32,000 nucleotides of DNA. It comes from Panacagrimonas sp. GTDB taxonomy: Bacteria > Pseudomonadota > Gammaproteobacteria > Nevskiales > Nevskiaceae. The position numbers and the translations under genes are program-made. The stretch lies in NCBI GenBank assembly GCA_020697055.1, contig JAJFBP010000018.1, positions 10,730-42,729 on the forward strand, given 5' to 3'. Positions within the stretch are counted from its first letter, which is position 1; every line of letters starts with the position of its first letter. Under the pieces are notes generated by a model, which did no database searches, had not been told where the DNA came from, and saw nothing but the letters and a program-made list of their open reading frames with translations. Below, one piece after another: positions 1-7,886 of this stretch.

Positions 1-1326
1 ACGCGCTGCCGCGAGGTCTTCGCCACGCTGGCCCGTTCGCTCGACACCTACGGCAGCGACGCGATCGGGCTCTACATCATCAGCATGGCGCGCTCGCCGG
101 CCGACGTGCTCGCGGTGCTCGCGCTGGCGCGCCATGGCGGGCTGATCGATCGGCGCGGCGACGTGCCGCTGGACGTCGCACCGCTGTTCGAGACCGTCGA
201 CGACCTGCGCGCCGGCCCCGACACGCTGCGCGCGCTGCTCGCCGATCCGGTGTACCGCGCGCACCTGGGTGCACGCGGCGATCGCCAGGTGGTGATGCTC
301 GGCTATTCGGACAGCGGCAAGGACGGCGGCACGGTGGCGTCGCGCTGGGCGCTGCAGCGCGCACAGGTCGAACTGCTCGAGGTCGCGCAGACCGCCGGCA
401 TCCGCCTGAGCTTCTTCCACGGGCGCGGCGGTTCGGCCAGCCGTGGCGGCGGCAAGATCGGACCGGCATTGATGTCGAGCCCACGCGGCTCGATCGCCGG
501 CGTTTTTCGCGTCACCGAGCAGGGCGAGGTCATCCATCGCAAATACGGCATCCGTGCGCTGGCCCTGCGCAGCCTCGAACAGATGGCCGGCGCGACGTTG
601 CGCGCCTCGCTGCGTCCGCGCGTTCCCGAGGCGCGCGAGGCATCGTGGCGCCAGATGATGGGCGCCATCGCCGCGACGTCGCGCGAGGCGTATCGGGCGT
701 TCGTCGATGCACCGGACTTCGTCGCCTACTTCCGCCTCGCCACGCCCATCGACGTGATCGAGAAGATGACGCTGGGCTCGCGTCCTTCGCGACGCGGCTC
801 GATGTCGGGCGTCGAATCGCTGCGCGCGATCCCCTGGGTGTTCGCCTGGACGCAGTGCCGCGCGATCATCACGGCGTGGTACGGCCTGGGCAGCGCGCTG
901 GAGCGTGCGAGCAGCGAGTTCGGCGAGGCGCGCCTGGTCGAGATGGCGCGCGACTGGGCCTTCGTGCGCGTGATGCTCGACGACATCGACATGATCCTGG
1001 CCAAGTGCGACCTCGGCATCGCCGAGCGTTTCTCGCTGCTCGCCGGCCACGAACTGCATGCGCGCTTTTTCGCGATGGTGTCGGACGAGTACGCGCTCAC
1101 GGTCCGCTGGGTGCTGCGCCTGCGCGGCGCCGACCGGCTGCTGTCGCAGGATCCGCGCTTGGCCGAATCGATCCGCCTGCGCAATCCCTACGTCGATCCG
1201 ATCAGCCTGATCCAGATGGATCTGCTCTCGCGCTGGCGCGCCTCGGGCAGCCAGGACGACGACCTGCTGTCCGCGCTCGTGGGCACGGTCAACGGCGTGG
1301 CGCAGGGGCTGCAGAACACCGGCTGA
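1..1326 (+). CDS. ppc: Phosphoenolpyruvate carboxylase, C-terminal part (5' end lies outside the window)
   Basis: Frame 1 is open from base 1 (..[11 protein letters not shown]..). PEPC signatures are present: [23 protein letters not shown], and the family-typical C-terminal ..GLQNTG followed by a stop. Confidence 0.95.
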   Translation, partial: TRCREVFATLARSLDTYGSDAIGLYIISMARSPADVLAVLALARHGGLIDRRGDVPLDVAPLFETVDDLRAGPDTLRALLADPVYRAHLGARGDRQVVMLGYSDSGKDGGTVASRWALQRAQVELLEVAQTAGIRLSFFHGRGGSASRGGGKIGPALMSSPRGSIAGVFRVTEQGEVIHRKYGIRALALRSLEQMAGATLRASLRPRVPEAREASWRQMMGAIAATSREAYRAFVDAPDFVAYFRLATPIDVIEKMTLGSRPSRRGSMSGVESLRAIPWVFAWTQCRAIITAWYGLGSALERASSEFGEARLVEMARDWAFVRVMLDDIDMILAKCDLGIAERFSLLAGHELHARFFAMVSDEYALTVRWVLRLRGADRLLSQDPRLAESIRLRNPYVDPISLIQMDLLSRWRASGSQDDDLLSALVGTVNGVAQGLQNTG

Positions 1327-1424
1327 GCGGCGCCCACTTCCTTTCTGAGGGTTTCGAAGACGTCCACGCCAACTGGCTGGACCTTCGGCGTACCATCGGG
1401 AGCCTCCCGCGACGGACCGACGCC

Positions 1425-2036
1425 ATGAACGATGCCCAGATGCCGCGCGCCACGTTCACCCGCATCGAGCACTCGACCGCAGACGACTGGGCGGCCATCA
1501 AGACGCACTACGGGCCGTTCACGCAGGACCTACCCAATCGCGTGCTGGCGCACCTGAGGCTGCTCGACGGTGATCACGGCGGCTTTCCGATCGACCGGCT
1601 GCAGCACTGCCTGCAGACCGCGACCCGCGCGCACGACGCCGGCGAGAACGAGGAGTACGTGGTGTGCGCGCTGCTGCACGACATCGGCGACACGCTCGGA
1701 CCGTTCAACCACGCCGACGTCGCCGCGGTGCTGCTCAAGCCCTTCGTCACACCGGAGCACCACTGGATGGTGGAAAAGCACGGCATCTTCCAGGGCTACT
1801 ACTTCTTCCATCACCTGGACATGGATCGCAACCTGCGAGAGAAATTCCGCGGCCATCCGGGTTTCGAGGCCACCGCGCGCTTCTGCGAGATCTACGACGG
1901 ACCGGCATTCGATCCGACCGCCCGGACGCTGCCGTTGGGCTTCTTCGAGCCGATGGTGCACCGCGTGTTCGCCGCGCCGCGGGAGACGCTCTACACCGGG
2001 ATCACCGACCCGGCCGGCGGACGCACCGGCGAGTAG
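1425..2036 (+). CDS. HD-domain metal-dependent protein (phosphohydrolase/PhnZ-MIOX-like HD superfamily; exact function unknown)
   Basis: This is the 3' part of ORF 645..2036. The ATG at 1425 (MNDAQMPRATF..) lies just after the ppc stop. The ALLHDIGD HD motif is followed by several His residues (HHWMVEKHG, FFHH). The upstream extension overlaps ppc and has Arg/Ala/Pro-rich shadow composition. Confidence 0.8.
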   Translation: MNDAQMPRATFTRIEHSTADDWAAIKTHYGPFTQDLPNRVLAHLRLLDGDHGGFPIDRLQHCLQTATRAHDAGENEEYVVCALLHDIGDTLGPFNHADVAAVLLKPFVTPEHHWMVEKHGIFQGYYFFHHLDMDRNLREKFRGHPGFEATARFCEIYDGPAFDPTARTLPLGFFEPMVHRVFAAPRETLYTGITDPAGGRTGE

Positions 2037-2093
2037 ATCGAGCGAAGGCGTCTGGAATCGGCCCCGCCGAGTCGGTAAACTCCGCGGCCCTGT

Positions 2094-2170
2094 GGTGGCC
2101 GTAGCTCAGTTGGTAGAGTCCCAGGTTGTGATCCTGGTTGTCGCGGGTTCGAGCCCCGTCGGTCACCCCA
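2094..2170 (+). tRNA. tRNA-His (anticodon GTG)
   Basis: Cloverleaf read by eye. There is an extra 5' G(-1) typical of tRNA-His. The acceptor GTGGCCG pairs with CGGTCAC, the anticodon stem-loop is CCAGG-TTGTGAT-CCTGG, the T-arm is GGGTTCGAGCCCC, and the 3' CCA is encoded. Confidence 0.95.
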
Positions 2171-2232
2171 CTTCTCTTCTACAGCGGTGCGGCTACAATG
2201 CGCGCCCTTTGCTGTGCGGCAGCGGTTCGAGT

Positions 2233-2307
2233 GGGTTGCTAGCTCAATGGTAGAGCAGCTGACTCTTAATCAGTAGGTTCGGGGTTCGAGTCCCTGGCAG
2301 CCCACCA
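2233..2307 (+). tRNA. tRNA-Lys (anticodon CTT)
   Basis: The acceptor GGGTTGC pairs with GCAGCCC. The D-arm is AGCTCAATGGTAGAGC, the anticodon loop is CTCTTAA, the T-arm is GGGGTTCGAGTCCC(T), and the 3' end is A-CCA. Confidence 0.95.
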
Positions 2308-2344
2308 CTCTTCACCGCTTGCCCCGGCATCGCCGACGTCGGCA

Positions 2345-2524
2345 TCACTTCTTCCTGCCGAAGTACGCGCGAACGTCATCGGCCATCGTGCCGGCGGCCT
2401 GCACCGCCTTCTTCAATTCGTCCACGCTGACGTTGAAGGCGGCGCTCCAATATCGAAGCTCGTGATCCTCGTTGACGTTGATGCGCTTGCTGTCCGGCGA
2501 ATTGCGCTTTGTGGGGTCGTCCAT
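2345..2524 (-). CDS. Small DUF3606-like protein (59 aa), absent from the supplied ORF track (shorter than any listed ORF)
   Basis: Manual translation of the minus strand gives MDDPTKRNSPDSKRINVNEDHELRYWSAAFNVSVDELKKAVQAAGTMADDVRAYFGRKK*. A GGAGA lies 8 nt upstream of the ATG. The pattern 'I.v.ed.El.yW...f.vs.deL..AV...G' matches my recollection of the DUF3606 family. Confidence 0.7.
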   Translation of the reverse strand: MDDPTKRNSPDSKRINVNEDHELRYWSAAFNVSVDELKKAVQAAGTMADDVRAYFGRKK

Positions 2525-2654
2525 GGCACCGATCTCCTGCGAGGGGTCCGGTCGATCAGCTACCGCCGTGCCCGGTGCGCCCGGCCGCCTTAGCAGGGCC
2601 GGGTCCGCGACGTGCTTTGCCTCCTGGACCTATCCTGTTTCGGAGATCCGTGCC

Positions 2655-2960
2655 GTGACCCTCAACCGATCCCTCTTCATCGCCGCGGCGCTCGCGTCGG
2701 CGCTGGGCAGCGCAGCGCTGCACGCCGAACAGCCGGCGCCGATCGAATCGCGCAAGGCCAACCGCGCCGACGCGGCGCCGCAATACCAGAGCGACGCGCC
2801 GCCGGGCTCCACCCAGCGTGCCGCCGAAGCTCTCAACAAGCGTGACACCGCGGAGATCGAAAAGCGTCGGCGCGACGGTGACGACGATCCCGAAACGCGC
2901 GACGGGATCCGCATCGAGAGCACGCCCGACCATCCCGGCGAGAACGACGGCAAGCCTTAG
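2655..2960 (+). CDS. Hypothetical small exported protein, acidic and low-complexity
   Basis: A GTG at 2655 lies 8 nt after GGAGA. The N-terminus VTLNRSLFIAAALASALGSAALHA looks like a signal peptide. No family was recognised. The longer 2472 start would overlap the DUF3606-like gene region. Confidence 0.5.
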   Translation: MTLNRSLFIAAALASALGSAALHAEQPAPIESRKANRADAAPQYQSDAPPGSTQRAAEALNKRDTAEIEKRRRDGDDDPETRDGIRIESTPDHPGENDGKP

Positions 2961-2961
2961 C

Positions 2962-2993
2962 GGGGCCGGCGTACCCGATCGACGCCCTGCCCC
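2962..2993. terminator. Candidate bidirectional hairpin between convergent genes
   Basis: GGGGC-C-GGCGT [ACCCGATCG] ACGCC-CT-GCCCC forms two stacked 5-bp helices. It lies exactly between the stop at 2960 (+) and the stop at 2994 (-). There is no clear U-tract. Confidence 0.3.
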
Positions 2994-5135
2994 TCAACCC
3001 ATCAGCCCCCAGCTCGCGAGCTTCATCTTGATCATCACCCAGATGAACTTGGCCGCCGAACGGATCTGGTCCCAGGCGCTGGGCTGGTAGCGCGCCCGCT
3101 CGCGCAGGAAGTGGCGGATGGACTCGAGATCCGCGTCCTCGATCTCCGCGAACGGCGGCATGCCCCGGGCCATCAGCGCGCCGTCGCGTACGACCGAGGC
3201 AAAGCCTTCCGCCGACAGCGGCACCGGCGAGGCGCGCAGGTCCGGTGCCGAGCCTCCCCCGACGGCGGCGACGCCGTGGCAGATCGTGCATTTCTCGCCG
3301 TAGACCCACTGTCCGCGCCTGACCTTGGCGGCATCGACGACGAACGCCGGATCGTCCACCGGCGTGACGGCCTGCGTCGGCGCGGCCGACGCAGGCAGCG
3401 GCATCCTGGCGTCGAGTGCGAACACCAGCAGCCGACGCGGATGTTCGCGTCCGACCCAGCCGTGCTGCGCCGTGAGCGAACCCATCAGCATCTGCCCGCC
3501 GGCCCAACCCGCGAGCACCGCGACGTACTGCTTGCCGTCGAGCTCGTAGGTGATCGGCGGCGCCTGCGTGCCCACGCCCAGATCGTGGCTCCACAATTCC
3601 GCGCCGGTGTCGGCGTCGTGCGCAACGAAACGCCCGTCGGCCTGGCCCTGGAACACCAGTCCGCCGTGCGTCGACAACACGCCGCCGCCGGTGGCCCCGG
3701 GCGTCGGCACGCGCCACGCCTCTTTTTGCGTGACCGGATTCCAGGCGAGCAGCGAGCTGCTGCCCGCTTCCTTCGGGATGTCGTCGAAGAACGCCTTGAC
3801 GCCCAACGGCCCTTCCTTGAGCGGATCCCAGTTCGCGCGCGTGATGCCGCGCGCGTCGTAGTAGCCGGCCATCTCGCGCGCCGGGATGTACGTCAGTCCC
3901 GTGTCGGGGCTGTACGACATCGGCTGCCAGTTGTGCGCACCGCCCGGCCCGGGCCAGATCATCGCCTCGTTGCCATCGAAGCGCGCGCCGCGCACTTCGA
4001 CCGGTCGACCGGTGACGAGATCGACCCGCTCCGCCCACGTGACCTTGGCGATCTTCTCGGCCGAGATCAGCTTTCCATCCTCGCGATCGAGCACGTAGAA
4101 GAAACCGTTCTTCGGCGCGTGCAGCAGCGCCTTGCGCGGTTTGCCGTCGAGCCGCAGATCGGCGAGCACCATGTCCATCGCCGAGTTGAAGTCCCAGGTC
4201 TCGCCGGGCGTGGTCTGGTAGTGCCACACGTACTCGCCGGTGTCGGCGTCGAGCGCAACGACGGAACACAGGAAGAGGTTGTCGCCGCCGCCCGGACTGC
4301 GCAGCGACTGGTTCCACGGCGAGCCGTTGCCGGTGCCCAGGTACACGCGGTTGAACTCGGGGTCGTAGGTCATCGCGTTCCAGACCGTGCCGCCGGCGCC
4401 GTGCTTCCACCAGTCGCCCTTCCAGGTCTTGGCCGCCATCTCCATCGCGGGATTCTCGAAACCCTTCGACGGATCGCCCGGCACGGTGTACCAGCGCCAC
4501 GCCTGCTTGCCGGTGTTCGCGTCGTAGGCGGTGACGTAGCCGCGCACGTCACCGAAGTCGGCGCCGCCGTGGCCGATCAGCACCTTGTCGTTGAACACGC
4601 GCGGTGCGCCGGTGATGTAGCGCTTGTCGCCGGGCTCGCCTGTCTGCACTTCCCACGCGAGCGTGCCGTCCCTGGCCTCGATCGCGACGAGGCGTCCGTC
4701 CTGCACGCCGACGAAGATCCGGCCCTTCCAGAACGACAGGCCGCGGCTGCCCCAGGCCATGCGCATCTTCCTGGGATCGCACTTGGGGTCGTACTTCCAC
4801 AGCAGCTGGCCGGTGCGCGCATCGACCGCGTGCACCACGCTGTAGCCGGCGGCGAAATAGAGGACGCCGTCGACCGCCACCGGCGCGGTCGAGACGTTCC
4901 ACATCTCCGGCAGCTCCATCGTCCAGGCCAGGCCCAGTCGCTTCACCGACGTGCCATCGATCTGCGCCAGCGGGCTGAAACGCTGCTCGCTGAAGGTGCG
5001 GCCCCAGGCCGCCCAGTTGCGGCCGTCCGACTCGTTGGCGAGCGTGTCCTGGTCGACCTGCGCCCAGGCCGGAACGAACAGCGTGGCGGCGGAGCAGAGC
5101 GCGAGCGCGATGCGGGTCAGACGCGAACGAATCAT
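2994..5135 (-). CDS. PQQ-dependent dehydrogenase with C-terminal c-type cytochrome domain (quinohemoprotein alcohol-dehydrogenase-like)
   Basis: 713 aa with the signal peptide MIRSRLTRIALALCSAATLFVPAWA. Repeated W-containing beta-propeller motifs are typical of PQQ dehydrogenases (..RGYVTAYDANTGKQAWRWYT.., ..TWDFNS..). The C-terminal haem-binding motif is CTICHG, with a downstream Met. Confidence 0.93.
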   Translation of the reverse strand: MIRSRLTRIALALCSAATLFVPAWAQVDQDTLANESDGRNWAAWGRTFSEQRFSPLAQIDGTSVKRLGLAWTMELPEMWNVSTAPVAVDGVLYFAAGYSVVHAVDARTGQLLWKYDPKCDPRKMRMAWGSRGLSFWKGRIFVGVQDGRLVAIEARDGTLAWEVQTGEPGDKRYITGAPRVFNDKVLIGHGGADFGDVRGYVTAYDANTGKQAWRWYTVPGDPSKGFENPAMEMAAKTWKGDWWKHGAGGTVWNAMTYDPEFNRVYLGTGNGSPWNQSLRSPGGGDNLFLCSVVALDADTGEYVWHYQTTPGETWDFNSAMDMVLADLRLDGKPRKALLHAPKNGFFYVLDREDGKLISAEKIAKVTWAERVDLVTGRPVEVRGARFDGNEAMIWPGPGGAHNWQPMSYSPDTGLTYIPAREMAGYYDARGITRANWDPLKEGPLGVKAFFDDIPKEAGSSSLLAWNPVTQKEAWRVPTPGATGGGVLSTHGGLVFQGQADGRFVAHDADTGAELWSHDLGVGTQAPPITYELDGKQYVAVLAGWAGGQMLMGSLTAQHGWVGREHPRRLLVFALDARMPLPASAAPTQAVTPVDDPAFVVDAAKVRRGQWVYGEKCTICHGVAAVGGGSAPDLRASPVPLSAEGFASVVRDGALMARGMPPFAEIEDADLESIRHFLRERARYQPSAWDQIRSAAKFIWVMIKMKLASWGLMG

Positions 5136-5240
5136 GGGCAGATCGGGCAGCGGAGATTGTCGCGAAGTATCCTGCCGTGCTGAGGGTCTGCCCTACCCCG
5201 TTCGGGCGACCGCCGCGCTTTTCGGGAACGGGAATTCACG

Positions 5241-7097
5241 ATGAAGAAGATGCCCGCCGCCGCGATAGTCGTGCTCGTGGTGCTCTGCCTGGTTGCGCCC
5301 GGCGCGCGCTCGGCTCCGCTGGATTTCAGCGGACTGGAACTGGCGCAGACCCACGTGCTCCCGCCCGAAGGAAAGCGTTGGAGCTTGGCGGCTGCGACGG
5401 AGTCGCTGCACCTGGTCGGTGGACGCGACACGCTCGCGCTCGTGGGGATCTCGCACGCCGACGCGCTCGACCCGGTGCTGGAGGCCTGGGCCGACGGGGC
5501 ACGCCTCGGCACGGTGTCGCTCGATCCGCCCGCGCTGCTGCCGCCGACCGAGGCCGGCGGCGCCAAATACGCATCCGATCGCCACAGCGCGACGATTCCG
5601 GGAGACTGGATCCGCCCCGGTCTGCAGCTGCGCATCCGTGCCGGCAATCACGCGCCGAGCAGCCTTCGCAACGTGCTCGTGGGGGCGGACATGCCGGTGA
5701 CCGTCCGCATCCTGCCCTTCTACCTGTTTGGCGCCGACGACGGCGATCGGCCTTACGCGCAGACCGCGAAGCCGGACGCGGCGACCGTCAACGAGATGTT
5801 CCAGAAGTGGCCGGTCGCATCGCTGATGGTGGATACGCATCCGGCGCGACGCGTGCACTGGCCGCGGCTCGTGATCGGTCCGGACGGCAAGGCGCCGGCA
5901 CGCGTGATGGAGTCCTCCGGCGATCGGCAGGCCGGCCTGCAGGTGCTGATGACCGTGCTCGGCATGGTCGATCGCTTCATGGAGGCCAACGGCGATTCCC
6001 CGCTGGCCGTCCAGTACTACGCCCCCCTGGTCCAGCAGGACGCCTCGGGACGCTACGCGAGCCAGCAGGTAGGACTCGGATCGGTCGCGGGCGACAGCGG
6101 CGCGGGCGACGACGCGTATCGCGGCATCTTCATCCACGAGCAGGGCCACGCGATGGGCCTGCCGCACGCAGGCGAGGCGTACGACGCCGGCCGGTATCCC
6201 TACGCCTGGGGCAGCCTCGATGGCTCGGCCTGGGGCTGGGACGGGACCCGGCGCGAATTCCTGGCGCCGTTCGTGCCGATGGGCGCGGAACGTCATCGCC
6301 TGTGCGCCAGCGACCGGTTCGAAGGACACCCGCGCGCACTCGATGCGCAGAACCGATGCATCAAGCAGGACCCGATGCAGAACGGCGCCGGCGATGCGGC
6401 CGGCGGATTCCGGTTCACGATGTTCTCCGACTACAACGCCGCCGTGATGCAGCGACAGATGGAAACGCGCTACGCGGTCGCCGACAACACGTTTCCCGGC
6501 GCCTACAAGCGCTGGAGCCGCGCCGAGCGCAAGTGGGTGAACGTCACGCCGACGACGACGGACGGCGCGCAGTCCGGCTTCAGGGAGCGGTTCCCCATCC
6601 AGCGCAACGTGCCCGTCCACGCCATCGCGCTGACGCTCAGCAAGACCGGCACGCCGGGCCTCACGCAGATCTATCCGCCGCTTTCATTCGTGGGCAACCT
6701 GGTCCGGACCATCGATCCGACCGATGGGCCCCAGCGCGCGGTCGTACGTTCCCATCGGGCGCCGTACAACGGCACCGGCGAAGGCCGTCGGTACTGCTCG
6801 GAATCCGGCTGCGACTACACGCTGCGGATCCGCTACACCACCGGCAACGTCCGCAACGTTCTGCTGCAGGGCGCGTTTCGAAATTTCGATTATCCGGGCG
6901 GCACGAAGCACCCCGGTGCGCCATCCGACTTCGATCCCGATGCCGCCGATCCGACCCACGCCGACAGCTTCCGGAGCTACGTGGTCAACGTGCCCGGCGA
7001 TTCACCGATCGAGCGCATCGAACTGCTCGATACGCCGATGGCATGGGACAAGGGCGTTCCGCAGATGGCGGTTCCGATCGCGATCTACACGCCGTGA
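5241..7097 (+). CDS. Secreted zinc metalloprotease (HExxHxxGxxH motif; family not assigned, M66-like is only a guess)
   Basis: 618 aa with the signal peptide MKKMPAAAIVVLVVLCLVAPGARSA. The motif IFIHEQGHAMGLPHAG is an extended zincin/metzincin-type motif. Confidence 0.8.
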   Translation: MKKMPAAAIVVLVVLCLVAPGARSAPLDFSGLELAQTHVLPPEGKRWSLAAATESLHLVGGRDTLALVGISHADALDPVLEAWADGARLGTVSLDPPALLPPTEAGGAKYASDRHSATIPGDWIRPGLQLRIRAGNHAPSSLRNVLVGADMPVTVRILPFYLFGADDGDRPYAQTAKPDAATVNEMFQKWPVASLMVDTHPARRVHWPRLVIGPDGKAPARVMESSGDRQAGLQVLMTVLGMVDRFMEANGDSPLAVQYYAPLVQQDASGRYASQQVGLGSVAGDSGAGDDAYRGIFIHEQGHAMGLPHAGEAYDAGRYPYAWGSLDGSAWGWDGTRREFLAPFVPMGAERHRLCASDRFEGHPRALDAQNRCIKQDPMQNGAGDAAGGFRFTMFSDYNAAVMQRQMETRYAVADNTFPGAYKRWSRAERKWVNVTPTTTDGAQSGFRERFPIQRNVPVHAIALTLSKTGTPGLTQIYPPLSFVGNLVRTIDPTDGPQRAVVRSHRAPYNGTGEGRRYCSESGCDYTLRIRYTTGNVRNVLLQGAFRNFDYPGGTKHPGAPSDFDPDAADPTHADSFRSYVVNVPGDSPIERIELLDTPMAWDKGVPQMAVPIAIYTP

Positions 7098-7100
7098 CCT

Positions 7101-7802
7101 TCAGCCCGCAGCGATGTTCTCCGACGCCATGCGCTGCGCGCCGGTCACGATCATGCGCAGCATCACCACCGTCTGTTCGAGGATCGCAGCGTGATGCTCG
7201 CGCGGCAGATCCAGCGCGCTCGCACCCATCGCGAACACCAGGCGCGTGATCGCCTTGGCGGCGAGCGCCGGTTCCGCGATCGGTGAGTTGTTCGCCCTGG
7301 CCAGGCGCACGAGGTCCACGCACAGCTCGTCCTCGAAGAAGCGCAGTTCGCGTTCGACCGCGCGCTTGAACGCCTCCGAGCCGGTGTTGCCCTCGCGCAG
7401 CAGGATGTGCAGGAACTTCTCGTCGGCGCCGAGCTGCTCCATGAACGATTCGAGCGACGTGCGGATCACGCTGCGCTCGGCCGATGCGCGGTGCCGCGCG
7501 TGGCCGATGATCTTGCGCAGGCTGCGGCCGGCCAGATCGATCAGCGCGATGGCCAGCTCGTCGGTATCGCGGAAGTGACGGTAGAAGCTGTTGGGCGCGA
7601 TGCCGGCCTCGCGGGCGATCTCGCGCAGGCTCAGCGTCGAGATGCTGCGGTGTGGGCCGACCAGGCCCAGCGCGGCGCTGATCAGGTCCTCGCGGGAAAT
7701 TGTCGGACGCCGTCCCGGACCGGTGCCCGCGGCGCCGGCCCGCCGCTTCCCTGCGCCGGATCCGCCCCGCGCTTTCAGTGACTTGGCTGCCATGCGGTGC
7801 AT
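7101..7802 (-). CDS. desT: TetR-family repressor of the FabR/DesT type (unsaturated fatty-acid regulation)
   Basis: The segment ..STLSLREIAREAGIAPNSFYRHFRDTDELAIALIDLAGRSLRKI..SVIRTSLESFMEQL..FLHILLREGNTGSEAF.. aligns closely with E. coli FabR as I remember it. The gene is divergent from a reductase/desaturase pair, as in Pseudomonas desT-desCB. The start is taken at ATG 7802 (ATG 7793 is also possible). The track start at 7847 would run through the AT-rich operator region. Confidence 0.88.
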   Translation of the reverse strand: MHRMAAKSLKARGGSGAGKRRAGAAGTGPGRRPTISREDLISAALGLVGPHRSISTLSLREIAREAGIAPNSFYRHFRDTDELAIALIDLAGRSLRKIIGHARHRASAERSVIRTSLESFMEQLGADEKFLHILLREGNTGSEAFKRAVERELRFFEDELCVDLVRLARANNSPIAEPALAAKAITRLVFAMGASALDLPREHHAAILEQTVVMLRMIVTGAQRMASENIAAG

Positions 7803-7818
7803 GATATACGGCCATTTA

Positions 7819-7832
7819 TATACATATGTATA
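7819..7832. promoter_or_regulatory. Perfect 14-bp palindrome TATACATATGTATA in the desT/desC divergent intergenic region (candidate operator)
   Basis: Read directly; the sequence is its own reverse complement. It sits in the only AT-rich stretch of this part of the window, between the divergent starts at 7802 (-) and 7887 (+). Confidence 0.4.
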
Positions 7833-7886
7833 GACATGTGTAATCACATCTGTGCATCATCGCCCTGAATCTACCGTCGTCCCTCC

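Noticed and set aside
645-1424. 5' extension of ORF 645..2036; the same applies to the extensions of 13186..14403, 29046..30422, 16767..17831, 17096..18754, 20622..23318, 21584..24121, 23359..25545 and 25920..26978
   Set aside because: These extensions overlap the preceding bona fide genes in another frame. In each case an internal start sits at, or overlaps, the upstream stop codon, often with a Shine-Dalgarno sequence, and recognisable homology begins there.
2094-2960. Possible genomic-island or prophage remnant at the tRNA-His/tRNA-Lys locus
   Set aside because: There is no integrase, no recombinase and no direct repeat of the tRNA 3' end that I could see by eye. Only two small genes follow. 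The evidence is insufficient.
3111-5183. 690-aa plus-strand ORF
   Set aside because: It is fully antisense to the well-supported PQQ dehydrogenase gene. The translation is Arg/Ala/Pro/Gly-rich and low-complexity, with no recognisable motifs. This is a typical high-GC shadow ORF.
5177-7249. 690-aa plus-strand ORF in another frame over the metalloprotease, and the 475-aa antisense ORF 5193..6620
   Set aside because: These are alternative-frame and antisense shadows of the 5241..7097 gene, which has a signal peptide and a Zn motif. Their composition is Arg/Pro/Ala-biased.
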